Source: Daphnia carinata (Eukaryota). From it: a DNA stretch of 64,000 nt. Positions 47,818 through 61,700 of this stretch are shown here, one piece after another. The notes beneath the pieces are model-generated. The model did not search any database. It was not told the DNA's origin and was given only the letters and a program-made list of their open reading frames with translations. Every line of letters begins with the position of its first letter. The stretch's first letter is position 1. The position numbers and the translations under genes are program-made. The DNA lies in NCBI RefSeq assembly GCF_022539665.2, contig NC_081331.1, positions 7,626,001 through 7,690,000 on the forward strand. The letters run 5' to 3'.

Positions 47818-50715
47818 GAGTCCTTTTTGTAACTCGCCCAAAAGAGTACATGCCTCGAAAACGGGTATTCGAGCGATAGAAAGCAAATTTGGATGGTTAT
47901 TACTAGGGCAAGACGAGACAGTGGCGATATCGTCTAACACGGCAATCGGCTTTCTCTTAAAAGCCAAACTAGGAACACCAGAAAATTTGGACGAAAACAC
48001 AGACCCGAAAGCTGACGAAATAGATTTCGCCAAATGGTGGAAGCTGGAAAGCTTAGATCCACTAGAGAAAATTCCATTATCTATACAGTGGAAATCCTAT
48101 TCAGATTCCATCGTTCAAGATGAAGATGGACATTATGTAGCACCACTCCCATGGAATGAGAACAAAAATCGTCTGAGCAAAAATGAAGCCATGGCAGAGG
48201 GTCAGACAAAGGCGCTGATTAGAAGACTGGACAGAGATAAGGAAATGAAAACTTCACATGAAGCCGAATTCGGCAAACTAAAAGAATTTAGGTTCATTTC
48301 CAAAGCAGATACATCATTTGGTGGTATCTACACTATCCTGCCCCATCATGCGGTTGTCAGAAGAGACAAAACAACCAGGAGAGTTAGGCCTGTTTTCAAC
48401 GGTTCAGCAAAACCGAAAACAGGTTTCAGCGCCAACGACTGCCTACAAGAAGGACCCAATTTAAACCCGGACATCCTTGACGTGATGTTACTGTTTAGAT
48501 TGAATCCAATCACCTGGACAGCTGATATCAGACAAGGCTTCCTCATGGTGAAGCTACTTAAGGAAGACGCGGAAGCGTTAAGATTCTTCCTAGAAGACGA
48601 CGACGTCCCAGGATCGCTGCAACTATACAAATGGAACAGGCTTCCATTCGGACTAACATGTAACCCGGCAGTGCTAAGGACCGTCTTGAAGAAACACTTG
48701 GAGTCCTATGAAGGTGTTTTAGGAGGAAGCAGTAGAGAGATCCTACGCAACCTATATGTATACGACTATTTGTCAAATGCGTCTACAGTAGAAGAAGCAA
48801 TGGCCGTAATCGAAACTGTACTGAAACTTTTTGCAGACGCAAAAATGGACTTAAGAAAATGGGTGACCAACAACAGTGACCTGCGTAGATATCTACAAAA
48901 ACAAAATTTAACAGAAGATGGAATACAAGCACGGATTGCTTTTATTTCAAGTCTGATGTGATTGTAGACGCAGCTGCAAAAGTTGAAATTTTAATGAAGA
49001 GATCTTTCGCCAAAATTTCAACGAAACTGTTCGACCCACTTGGATTAATTGGACCCATCACGTTACAATTCAAGCTTCTATTTCAAGAATTGTGGCAAGT
49101 AAAAATTGGATGTGACGATGAAGTACCCAAAGAGACGGAGATCCAGTTCAGAACAATAGTAGAAAATCTCAAAGACATTGAGAAAATACAAGTGCCCAGA
49201 ATGATTTCTTTGGCACCAAACAAACACATGCAAGAGTTGCACATATTTTGCGACGCTTCAACAGAAGCATATGGTGCAGTGGCTTACGCGAAATCGCAAT
49301 TTCCAGACTTCGTCCACCTAATTTGTTGCAAGACAGGAGAAGCGCCACTTCCGAAGAATGAAGTATCGCTACCAAGACTAGAATTGTTCAGTGCCGAGCT
49401 CGGTAGCGTATTAGCTGAAAGAATTGTCAAGGCAATTGACAAGGTCCAATGGAAAGTACATCTATGGACAGACTCAGTGGCAACGTTAGGGTGGATAAAA
49501 GGTGAGCCAACCCATTGGAAACTGTTTGTCAGAAACAGAATTGAGGCTATTAGGAGAAGGTCTAAACCAGAACAATGGAGACACTGCCCTGGGAGAGACA
49601 ATCTAGCAGACTACGCATCAAGAGGAACCACGGTCAAAAAACTGATTGCGGCTTCTTTTTGGTGGGGAGGTCCATCCTGACTGATTTACGACGAAAAAGA
49701 ATGGCCGCAACAAGGAAATCTGACATCAGAAGGAATGCAGTCGATGGAGATTGAGGCAAGATCCAAGAAAAGAATTGAAAGTCTTGCAGTTAGCAGTACC
49801 CTAGATTGGTTTGATGCATTGGCATCAAGAGCAAGCAGTTATCTGCGGTTTCTACGAACAATTGCCTGGATGTTTAGGCTTTTTAGAAAGGATTCGCTGG
49901 GTAAGGCAATCGAAACGGTCAGAGGGAAGAAAATACCATACCTTTATGTCCACGAAATCGCCACCGCCGAAAACTTTATTTTGAAGTTTATTCAGAAAAG
50001 GGCATTTCCAGAAATCTACGAATTACTTCAAGATGGAAAGCCGCCTAGCAAACTGCTATGCAATCTGGAAACCTTAAGACCTATTTGGGATGCGCAAGAC
50101 AAACTGATACGAGTGACTGGAAGAGTAGGTCCAGCCTTAAAAGAATTGCTGATCGACCCGCCGACTCTTCTCCCATCAACCGAGAAGATTGTGGACATGA
50201 TGATCCAATATCATCATTTCAACCGGAAACATGCCGGTGTCCAAAACACTCTGACGTTTTTATGAAATCGTTTTTGGATCATTCGTGCCCGCCAACGGAT
50301 AAAAAGTGTCATCAAAAGTTGTGTGAAGTGTCAACGAGTGCAATCGCGTCCCTTCAATGAACAAACGGCTTCAATGCCCTTGGATCGTACCAAGAGAGCA
50401 CAACCCTTTGAAGTCGTCGGGATTGACTACTTCGGACCAATGTACGTCCTGGAAGAAGTCATCCTAATTGAAAAAGACAGTGAAGTGAACGATATCGAGA
50501 AAACTCGTGTAGGACAGAAAAAGGTGCATGCGTGTTTATTTACTTGCGCCGTTACACGAGCCGTGCACTTGGAGCTCGTGACTGATTTAACTGCCCAAAC
50601 GTTTATGCACGCGCTAAGAAGAATGATGTCCCGTACAGAAGATTGCAAAATTATCGACAGCGACAACGCGTCAACATTTACATGTGCGGCAAAACTGATT
50701 TCAGAAGACCCTACC

Positions 50716-51611
50716 CAGGGTTGGAAGCGATACTTTGAAAAAGTATCGGTATCGCGATACCGATACTTCAACTTTCGAAAAATATATTGCGATAGCGATA
50801 TTATCGCGATACTATTTTACAAGTATCGCATGCGTTACCGATACCGATACTTTTCGTACTCAACGCCATCTAGGAGTGAAATTTATAACTAATTAAAATT
50901 TTCGATAGATGGCGTTGATCAGCATTTCAAAATTTTCATTTACTTTCTTACCTGGTAGATCATCAGACACATTTAACTGGGTAGCTGATTCTGGTAGCTG
51001 TATACTATATATACTATATATATTAAGGGCAATAGTAATCTCTATTGAAGACAGTAGAACACACATTTGAACTTACTTTCTGCAGGCAATGAATCTTTGT
51101 TCATATCGTTCATGGAAACCTTGTGCTTTGAGGAATTCAAAGTTTTTTTAACAGAAGAGTCACTCGTTTGCAACTTCCGTTTCACGTTCCTGAAAACACA
51201 AAATGAAAAAATATATATATGCTGTCAACTAATATCTGTAAAAATTTACTTGGATTTTTTTGGAGGCATGTCAAATGTACGAAAATTATACTTGACACTT
51301 GTTTGCAGAAGATCGAATTCTGAACTGACAGTAACAATGTGACGACATGAAATCGGCTGCAGCAGAAGATGCGATGTGATGACAAGAAGATTTTAGGTTA
51401 GCAGAACCATCTGTCGGCAAAAAAAAGAGTCATATTTTTTACTCCTAGATGGCGCCACATATTAAAAGTATCGGGATCGCAAGTCAAAATTTATGATCCG
51501 ATACCGGTACCGATACTTCTAAAAAAGAAATATCGCGATACCGGTACCGGTAGTACCGCGATACTGCGATACTATCGCGATACTTTTTACTATCGCGATA
51601 GTCCAACCCTG
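50716..51611. mobile_element. Non-autonomous hAT element in the BEL-2 integrase
   Basis: TIRs CAGGGTTGGA / TCCAACCCTG; 8-bp TSD ACCCTACC / ACCGTACC; CGATAC subterminal repeats. Confidence 0.9.
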
Positions 51612-52130
51612 ACCGTACCCTAGCCAACTGGCTGTCAAGCAAGGGCATTAAATGGAAGTTCTCCTCCAGTCTAGCTCCGTGGTGGGGCGGGTTCTAGGAG
51701 AGAATGGTGCGCTCCGTTAAAGAACCGTTAAGGAAAGTGTTGGGGAAAATGAAAGTGAGCTACGACCAGCTTCATACCATTTTGGTCGAAATCGAAGTTA
51801 TCCTGAACTCACGGCTAGGGATGTCGATTATCGATATATCGTATCGAAAAACACAGCTGAAACCGATATGATATATCACATCGGAAAATCCGATATGTGA
51901 ATATGATACCGATATTTCGCAATGCCATCTATCAGTAACAATAACCACCTAATCAGGATTTCGCACACAATTTAACAAAAGATATAAAAACCTTTACGAT
52001 GTTAGCCAATGCCTTAATTACCAGAATTAGGGTAATGGTTTTGTTTAGTAAACAAAGCCCTGTGACAGACGATATTTGCATAGTTAATTCTACTAGTTTT
52101 GCTGCGTTAGTGTCTAAAAATTTGCCGAAA

Positions 52131-54418
52131 ATGCCAAACAATAGGAGTTTATTGTGGAATTACTTTACACGGGGGGATAGATATGCTGTAGACCACAAAG
52201 TTACATGCAACAAATGTGGTAATACTATTTCGACCAGTGGGAATACGTCTAACATGAAAGCGCATCTTCAGACTCGTCATTCTGGCCCTCAAGATAACAC
52301 TTATCAAAATTATTTGGATGAGGTTGTTCAAAAAGAACGACCGAATGCCACGCCATCCACTTCTAGTGCTATTGATGCGTGTAACGAAGGTATACTTTGA
52401 TAAATATAATATAAAACTTCAACAATATAATTTTTAACAACAATATTGTTAACAAAGGTTCGTCGAACGCCGTTCCATCATCAGAAACCAGCCGCCGACG
52501 TCGCAGGGATGATACTCATGTTGTTCCTCATCCAACTGAGGGAGTCTTTATGCAAGGCTTTTATAAAAAGTTGGTTGGATTTATCGCCAGAGATATGCAA
52601 CCGATTCAAGTGGTTGAAAACAGAGGTATATTTTCATACATAAGCTACATTTAATCGACGTTTTAAACATTTTTATTTACAAATTTTTGCAGGTTTCAAA
52701 GATCTAGTATCTAGATCCTCGCGTCATACTGCCCTCTAGAACAACTCTGACCAACACTTTAATTCCTCGTGAATTTCAGAGCGCTATGGCAGAGTTGTTT
52801 GAGGAACTTAGGACTGTAGCTTATATCTCTTTGACGATCGACTGTTGGCCATCTCGCCGAATGGAGCCGTTTATGACTGTAACTGTCCATTTCATCGTGA
52901 ATGGACAGTTACAGTCTCGTGTTTTGTCGACAACTTACGTGACGGGTTCGCATACGGCAACGAACCTGAGGGGAAAGTTGGAAACGGTTGCATTCGATTG
53001 GGGAATCACTGACGAAGTGGTTTGTGTGGTAACTGATAATGCGGCCAATATTGTTGCCGCTATCAACCAGCTCACGCAAATGTTTAGGGACAAAGGTAAG
53101 ACAATTGTTATAGGTACGCTTATTTAAAATTTAACATATTTAGGGTAGCCAGTCAATGTCAACATCTAAATTACTGTTTTCTTTCTTAGGCCTTTGGAAT
53201 CATATTCCCTGTGTTTCCCACACTCTTCACCTTGCTGTAACTGAGGCCATTAATTCCACCATTGTATCCTACACTATGAAGCAGTGTAGGGAAATCGTCA
53301 CCTACTTCCATTCCAGCCATTCAGCAGTTGATGTTCTCAACAAGCATTGCTCGTACAATGGTGGCCTTAATGGACGTCAGTTGCAGCAAGATGTCATTAC
53401 AAGGTGGAACAGCCAGTTTTTTATGGTGAAAAGCATGTTGGAGCTGAAAATTCCCATCAGTGCAGCCATTGGGGAGCTCCACCGAATAGATTTAGCTTTC
53501 AAAGCTGAACAGTGGGACCTTTTGGAAGAATTTATCAAGGTGCTTAGTCCATGTGAAGAAGTAACAAGAGAGCTTTCTTAACAAAGATATCCTTCGTTAT
53601 CAAAGGTAAAACTACCAGAAAGATAATGAGGAAACTTATAACCAATATTTATTATAACATAACAATATATTTTCCCTTTAGATTATTCCGCTGATTAACC
53701 TAATGGTTGAAGGACTAAAAACCGTGTTTGGCCTTGAACCACCCAAGTACGAAGGGCTTCTCATCTTCAGGAATCGGCTGATGCGGAACATTATGTCTCG
53801 GTTTTACAACTTAGAGCAAACTAGCACGGACACAAGGGCCCCCAAATGGCCATTTGTTTCACTGGCTACTTTCACCGATCCAAGGTATAAAAATAACAAT
53901 TTAAAAGTTACTTTAGTTTCATAACACACATTTGAATTGGCAGATTCAAAGGCATGTATCATACAGACATTTCTCGGGTGGAGAAGCAACTTAAAAATCT
54001 GCCCTTCGGCAGTTCTCAAGATGTGGAAGACCAGCCACCTACACCATCTACCGGCAACCGAACTTCTAGGTGGGCGAATCACGATCAGCGCGTTCTGCGA
54101 ATCAATGAAATAAGCAGTCGGCGAAGCACCAACTCCAGAGCTAATGCTATAAATCTCATCAGAGAGTACAAACTGCTGCCAATGATTGCCAGAAACGAGG
54201 ATCCTCTTGAGTGGTGGCAGTCAAAAGCAGACCATTGCCTTTTAAAGCATTTTATTCCCTTAATAGAAAAAATTCATTGTACGCCAGCTACATCGGTACC
54301 ATCAGAACAGGTCTTTTCCCACGCTTCAGACCTAATATCTTCCAAGCGTAGTCGGCTGTCTGGCAGTACAGTTGAAATGCTCCTCTTCCTCAACCGATAT
54401 AATTTCCTTGACCATTAA
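52131..54418 (+). pseudogene. hAT transposase (BED zinc finger, DDE core, hATC dimerization domain), multi-exon, disrupted
   Basis: LWNYF..CNKC..SGNTSNMKAHLQTRH; SLTIDCW; VVTDNAANI; CVSHTLHLAV; DVITRWNS; DPLEWW..PATSVPSEQVFS..KRSRL; in-frame TAA at 53579-53581. Confidence 0.9.
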
Positions 54419-54498
54419 ACCCCTTTTTCTTGTTTTGTTTTGTGAAATACAAATTGAAGAAACTGTAAGCTTTTGTTTTTATTTATATTTTAACTCAT

Positions 54499-56400
54499 GA
54501 GGAATATATTCCTCTTCTTGGAAAAGAAGTTGAGGAATATGTTAAAAGCCAATAAACAATTTCAACTTTAATTCCCCTCCAACCTCCTACTTCTTGTTGC
54601 ACCCCAGCTGCTGAACCCGTTTACCATCTTCCTCGATGTCTTCTGTTAATATCTTCTGGTAATTCCTCCTCAGAAGAATTTTTTAAAGGAATTAAAAGTT
54701 GCTTTTAAGGAAGTTCAATTGCTGGGATCGAACCTCTGCCTTTCTTACACGTTGCAGTCGCTCTAACCACTGACCCATAGTAAGTTGAAATATTGTTGCA
54801 CTACATTGTTATATAATCGACGTTATTTTCAAATCCGATGTATCGGATTGATTTTGTGATACACCACTCGACATATCTATATCGTTGTATTTTATAGCTA
54901 TAATATGTACCTTAGAATAATAGCTGACGCGCAAACATTATTGGGTTCTTATACGTTAAACACCACAAAACCCAGAAACATTTTTCTAAAACAAAAATAT
55001 CGTATCGGTGATATCAATACACTGCAACATTTTCTACGAAAATCAACAACCTTTCAATTGGTTTCGTACTAAAAAAATGTTTGTAGTGGTCTAACAGTCA
55101 GCAAGCAAAGATGCCGGAGTAGAAGCTTAAGGTTCAAATCCAGTATTATGCATCAATGCGTAACAATTTTGTCTTCAGATAACTTCATAAATCGCTTTCA
55201 CAATGAAAGGCCAAAAATATCATATCGGTTACATCTATCCATTGTAACACATTCTACTAAAATAATTTTTTCCTCATAGTTTTAAAAATTCAGTTCTTAT
55301 TCAGGCGAAAAGCAATATTTATAAGTAGGACAGCCTGTTGGGTAGCGCGGTAGGCTGATAATACGAATGGTTGATGTTCGAAGCAGATTTAATATTTTTC
55401 AATACATATATATATATATATCAGATATATATCACACACGGATTTCCCACACAATTTAACAAAAGGTTTTTTTTTTAACTGATAAGGAATATACTCCTCT
55501 TCTTGGAAAAGAAGTTGAAGAAGAAGTTAAAAGCACAAAAAGAATTTCAACTAGAATTCATCTCCCACCTCCTACGTCTTCTTGTACCCCAACTGATTAA
55601 CCCGTTTACATTACCACATTCGTCTGCTATATTCTGGAAATTCGTATTTATTACAATTTTTTTAGGAATGAAAATTAGCTAAATATTGATTTGCTATGCT
55701 CGAACCTCTGACCTTCTGGGCATGTTCTATACGCTCTATCCACTGACCCATATAGTGTTCTATTAGCTGTGCATTACATTGTTATATAATCGACGTTGTT
55801 TGCAAATCCGATATATCGGATTGATATTTGGGAAACACCACTCGACATATCTATATCGGTGTATTTTATAACTATAATATGTACCTTAGAATAATAGCTG
55901 ACGAGCAGACATTTTTGGGTTCAAATCTGTTATACAGCACACAACCCAAAAAACATTTTCTAAAAAAAATTTCTATCGGTTACACATCAATAATATCATA
56001 TCATCGGTTACATTGCATTGGAACATTTTCTAGGAAACTCAACAAACCTTTTCAATTGTTTTCGTACATATTATTCGTGTTTAGTGGTCTATCAGTCAGC
56101 AAGCAAAGCTGACGGGTTAGAGGTTGAAGGTTCAAATCCAGTATTATACGTTAATAAACAAAAGTTTTGTCTTCACATAGCTTCAAAAGTACTTTCACAA
56201 TAAAAAGTCAAAAATATCATATCGGTTACATCTTTCCAATGGAACACATTCTACTTAAATAATGTTTTGCTACATTCTACTTTAAATAAGTTTTAAAATT
56301 TCAATCCTAGCGCATTCTAAACATTAAAAGAAGGACAGTCTGTTAGGTAGCGCGGTAAGCTGGTAACATGAGGTGTTGATGTTCGATTCCACAAGCAGGA
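54499..56400 (+). repeat. Diverged ~985-bp tandem duplication in the hAT 3' subterminal region
   Basis: Units begin GGAATATA.TCCTCTTCTTGGAAAAGAAGTTGA at ~54499 and ~55484 and stay colinear. Confidence 0.85.
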
Positions 56401-57658
56401 TTTTTCATTTTTTTTTCAAAAAATATCGTCTCGGTTTACAAAAAAATATCGATAAAATTGTGCGATATATCGGTATCGTGATATTTAAATCAAATATCGC
56501 AAATCGACATCACTACTCACGGCCTCTCACTTATGTGTCTGGAGACGCACAATCATTTGAAGTTTTATTTCCTCAAAAGCTGCTGACTGGGAGGCAACCT
56601 GGTGCCACAACAGAGTCACCCGACTCTACAAAAATGAGCCGCGACGAGCTTATCGAATTGGATAAGAAAAGAAGCGAGCACGCACTAACATGGTGGAGAC
56701 TTTGGCAAGACTCGTACCTGTCCGACCTTAAGCAATTTACTGTCGTAAGGGCAAGGGTACAAGAATTCCACGTGTTGGCGAAGTCATCTTGTTAAAAGAG
56801 CCGAACATCAAGCGAGTTTCATGGCCGACGGCCATCGTTACTGAACTTGTCTCTGGCTACGACGGCAAGGTGAGAGCTGTTACCCTACGGCTACGATCGG
56901 GAAAGGAAACCCCCGAGGCATCCAGACTGTCTATCCTCTAGAAGTACAGGCCAATATCGACACACTAGTCGACGAAGCTGAAGCCGGCGAAAAGGAGAAA
57001 ACTACGACCAAGAAGAAAAAGAAGAATCCACTCCGCAAGAAGAATTTGGAATCGCAGGAGGGAGTTGGCGATTCCGGCGGGGAGGATGTTGCGGATTCCC
57101 AAAAGGACAACAACCACGGGGTTTCCAGATTCGGAAGGCCCGTTCGACGACCTGCTATTTTTGATATTTAGTTATATTATTTCTATTATTATTGTGTATG
57201 CCGCTAGGGGCGCTGTTTGACAGAGCCTTCTTAGTGGCCCATGTCGGCAATGGCCGACCCTTCTTAATTTCCTCTTGACGAAAGCAGACGTCTTTTTGTA
57301 AGTTCCGACAATTCAAATAAAAGTGCTAGTGAAACAGCTATCAAGTGTCTTTCTCCCTATCAACGTATTTACTAAGGTATTAAGTGTTAGGTAACTTAAT
57401 TTAAAACTTTCCGTTAGGTTTAGAAAGTCGTTACACAGACCACCGTTGACCTTCAACTGAACTGCAACTCCTCCCCTTTCTCAACTTTTGCTCAACTCTT
57501 CCGTTTTGGCGTCAACCTTGACGAAAAGTTGAACTAAAAAGGTTCAACAAAAGGTTGACGCCAAAATGCGCGCTGAAACACTTGAGCTTTTTCAACGGTG
57601 GTCCAGACCACCGTTGACCTTCAACTGAACTTGAACTCCTCCACTTTCTCAACTGTAG

Positions 57659-58463
57659 CGCCCGTACGAAACGGTAACCTTGAGTTTTGGCGATGCCCAA
57701 ATCCTAGCTTCATCCAGCTTCCCCGTCGCTAGCTTGCAGATTTCAAGCTAGGGATACGTTTAAGTTAGCTTGAGTTTTGGGGGGTGACGTCAGCGCCTTA
57801 AAATTAACACACTTGCACAAGCTATGAATTCATCAGCTTGCCCTTTGGTTTACGAAAATTAAGCTATTGGAGTAAGTGTAAGCTATAAAAATGGGAGTTA
57901 GGAAAATATATATTATTTAGCATAAGAAATGCTTATAAAACAACCATTAGTTATGATAGGACTTTAATCGCAAATAATTCATTTTCTTAAAAAAAAATAA
58001 GAAATCATACTTAAGTTTGAAAATAAAAAAGATTTAGTAATTGGCTTAAATACTTTTTAGGGAACAAAAGTTTAACTTAATTTCGACTTTATCTTTATGT
58101 TTTTAAAATTCTGTTTGTGATGTGTTGTCGAAAAAACTTAAGTATAATTCAAGATTTCTATTGTATTCTTCGAGAATGGTAATTATAGTATGAATAGATT
58201 GGTCCAGTGGATAGAACATCCGACTGTCGTGTGGGAGACCCAAGTTCGATCTCAGCCATAGACTTTTCCTTTTCGCTTTGCCTAACCTAGCCTCGCTTTG
58301 CTAGGCTAAGCTAAGCTAGCGACGCGCGGGCTAGGTTAGCTTGAATTTCCAAGCTTAAATCGTAAAAAATTTAAGCTTGGAGTCGTTAGCTTGGGGGGGG
58401 GCTGGAGCGGTCGCAATCTAAGCTAACTCAAGGTTTGGGTAAGCTTAACGTTTTGTACGGGCG
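57659..58463. mobile_element. Non-autonomous TIR element (AGCT-rich ends) nested in the Harbinger MITE
   Basis: TIRs CGCCCGTACGAAACG / CGTTTTGTACGGGCG; no clear TSD. Confidence 0.7.
58190..58260 (+). other. Degenerate tRNA-Asp-like / SINE-head sequence inside a MITE
   Basis: A box TGGTCCAGTGG, anticodon-arm-like CGACTGTCGTGTGGGAGACC, B box GTTCGATCTC; acceptor stem does not pair fully. Confidence 0.5.
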
Positions 58464-58734
58464 ATGAACTTCCATTTTGGCGTCAACTTTGACGAAAAGT
58501 TGAACTAAAAAGGTTGAACAAAAGGTTGACGCCAAAATGCGCCCTTATACGGCTAGCTTGACAACGATCTGAAACAACCTGGTGGTGGCCATGGACACTA
58601 GTCCAAAATTTCTGTGACACCCGATTCCCACTGCGAATCGGCTTCGTCTGCAGAAAACACCAAAAAAAAAAAAAAAAATATTTCATGATCTATTTCTGCC
58701 GACCAAAGGGGAAACGGAAAGCCAAAAAGAAACA

Positions 58735-61700
58735 ATGAATTGGAATATCATTGGAGTTTTATTGTCTGTTGCCTTCGTTATTGCCATTCCATTGGGGTTC
58801 AAATCCTTGCTTGGCTTGCTAGTTTTCATGGCGTTCCTGTTAACAAGGTTTGTGTACTTTACATGTGTTAGCTCATTTCTCTCACAATAACAGTCTGTAT
58901 GTAGCTTTTTGATTGGATTTTTGACTGAAGCAGAGTCTTTGCTTACTCCAAGTCTAAGTGCGATCTTCACCCCAATTAGTACAACTCATAGGTTACCTAA
59001 AAGAATGGTAAGAACTTCAGAATTGTACATAATTTTTTTCACACACTTAGTTAACTCTAAATAATGTTAAGCATCCAGCTGTACCAAATCCAAAAATTGG
59101 CCTAGACAAACGAATTTCAGGTTCTAACCTTATTGATGATGCATTGCAAGATCTGCTTCAATACATCATACGGGACCATGTTGAAAACTGGTATGGTGGT
59201 ATTACCAAGGAAACAGAATTTTTGTTTGAAACAAAGCAGTTCCTGCAAAAAGTAGTGATTACTGTATCCAACAGGTAGTACTTCAGTTTTGCACTAAATA
59301 AGAAAAAGATTGTAATCAATTTTGCAAAAATATTTTTTAATAACTAGATGCAAAGAGGTTGATTGGCTCACTTTCCTTACAACAAAATTTTTTGACAGTG
59401 TTATTGCCCATATTCGTCTCTATCGCGAAACAAAAATTAGACTGAGTCAGAAGACATCAGATAGTGAAGATTCTGTGAAACCTTCAAGTGAAAATTTTGT
59501 TGGGATGTTTTTTGAATTGGAGCAGACACGTGGTGTAAAGAAGATCAGCAGAAGAAAAATTTCAACAAATCCTGGTTATGAAAAAGGTTTTTTTAACTTA
59601 GATCAATTGTTTTTAAGTTTCTACATCCATATCAAATTTTGAAGAGAGTTTAAAGATCCTTGGTGGTTTCATTCTCCAGCTGCTTAGTTCTAAAGAGGAA
59701 TTTAACTGTCGGCCGCTGAACTTACTCTTCTCTCAGCTTCTAACAGGTGAAATTTTGATTCCGCTGATTGACCATCTTTCAGATCCAGATTACGTTAACC
59801 AAACTGTGATAGGGCTGGTAATGTTACATTGTAGAATGTAAACCTCTTACTTCAGTTGAATGTTCATACTTTTGAATTTAGTGCAAAAATTGCCAAATTA
59901 CGAGTGAAACCTTTTTGACTGTGATACGTTATACGGAATTTTTCTCTGAATTGGATGCTTCCCAGCAGCTACTGACAAAAGAAATTGCAATCATGGTAAA
60001 GTGTAATAACAGGGATTTCTTTGGGAAGCATTATGCACTTCTTGTGATATTAAATCTTTGAAGAGGTCACATGATTTTGGAGGTGAAGACGGTATATTCG
60101 TTAAAAGAAGACTTAGTAGTTTGTTGTTTGTCGACCGTGTTATTAAAAATCACATCCAAGAACTTAACGAAGGAAAAGAACGGAACTCTATTGGTAATGT
60201 TTATTTGGTTTTGCAAATTAGAATCTAAACTAAATTTTTTGCTCATCGTTTTCTTATGAAGGTTACAATGTGCCCTCCTATTGGAAACCCTGTGTCGCTA
60301 ATCATGATTTACATAACGTTGAATTACCACTAGAAGAGATTTTGAAAAATAGCGTGGCACTCTCATACATGCTGGATTTTATGGCTTCTTTTGAGTCACA
60401 AGCATATATTTTCTTTCTTCTTAACGCCGAAGGTAATATGTTTCATACAATTAAATCAATCGTGTCACGGTTAGTGGTAGGCTAAGCATCCACATTTAAT
60501 CGTTTGCCATAGGATGGAAAGCGGCTGCAGTTCAGCAGATATCGCAGTTGCAACTCGAAGGATTCGTTGTTAAAACTGAGTATAGCCATTCCAAACAGCG
60601 CAGCAATGACGTTGATCTTAATTTGCCTGGACAAATCTTAATGAGCTTGCAAGAATCTGCCATGGGAATTTTTACTCAATATTTCTCGGAAAATGTAAAT
60701 GCTGGAATCAAAGTTGCTTTTCCGTAAACCTAAAATGTTTAAATTTGGTATTATTATTTTATTAAATTTTGTTATATATATTTTTTTCCTTTTATTTATA
60801 TTTATTATTTTTCCCTTTATTAATATTTTTTATCTTAATTTGTTTTATTCAATTTTTCTTAAGGGTTTTTTCTTTTTTTTTTCTGTGTGGAAACTAGGGT
60901 ACCCCACGCCTGTGTATCGATGACGTTATCGTGAGGCGATTACTCTACAACTTGAAAAACGAACCACCTGTCGAGTCGTGGTTTGACGAAGTTAAATCAG
61001 CTGTAACATATAAAATAGAGGTGATTACTTTGGCTTACCTTACGTGAAAGTGTTTCGTTATTGAAAATTAAGATAAAATTTTAGAAAGATGAACGGTTTT
61101 TACCTTCATTCCGGAAAAGTTTCGGATATGTGCGTATGTTGGCCGAACTCGATATACTGAAGGAATCCACAAAAGCGGACGACGAAGATTTGCGTTCACT
61201 GGACGGACACAGCACTATGGATTCGTCTGGTCTGTTTAACCATTTGGTTGTCAAAGAAAAGGGCTCAATCGAAAACATTTCATACGGTGAAATTTGCACT
61301 AATGGACCTCCAGCTTTTGATAATAGCACTTTGAGCGCATCAATTTGTCAGAAAGGTAGTAGTAAAGAAATATTTGTAATAATTTGATTAAACGTCGTAT
61401 TTTTCTTTTTCTTCACTTTTAGGAGTTGTTAAAGATGGCATATCCTCCCACGCAGTGTATTCTGTTACTGTTGTGAAGTCGCTGGGTGCTAAAGAAATTG
61501 ATACATGGGTGGTATATCGAAGATATTCCGATTTTCATGATTTCCACATGCGACTGGAAGAAAGGGTAAGTTGTAAAATTATATGGCAATACCCTGGAAA
61601 CTGAAGATTTTTCAAAATGCGATATTGTACTTTAGTTTAAAGCAATTAGGGAATTTCCATTTCCTGCCAAACGGGCTTTCAACAACATGGATAAATTGTT

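Larger units (their letters stand above)
51816..56515 (+). mobile_element. hAT (Ac-like) transposon in the BEL-2 integrase
   Basis: TIRs TAGGGATGTCGATT / AATCGACATCACTA; perfect 8-bp TSD CTCACGGC; removal restores ILNSR|PLTYV of the integrase. Confidence 0.95.
45281..57435 (+). mobile_element. Second, older BEL/Pao LTR retrotransposon (BEL-2), disrupted
   Basis: TSD CAGAC at 45276-45280 and 57436-57440, with an empty-site copy at ~57600; 5' LTR 45281-~45518 (deleted) and 3' LTR 57087-57435; gag from 45957; pol motifs ILPHHAV, RLPFGL, LHIFCDAS, GIDYFGP, CAVTRAVHLELV, APWWGGF. Confidence 0.95.
45122..58544. mobile_element. PIF/Harbinger-type MITE expanded to 13.4 kb by nested insertions
   Basis: TIRs GGGCGCATTTAGGCGTC / GACGCCAAAATGCGCCC with 3-bp TSD TTA at 45119-45121 and 58545-58547; partial internal duplication at ~57573-57655. 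Confidence 0.85.

Noticed and set aside
58190..58260. Genuine tRNA-Asp gene
   Set aside because: Acceptor and anticodon stems are poorly paired, and it lies inside a MITE.
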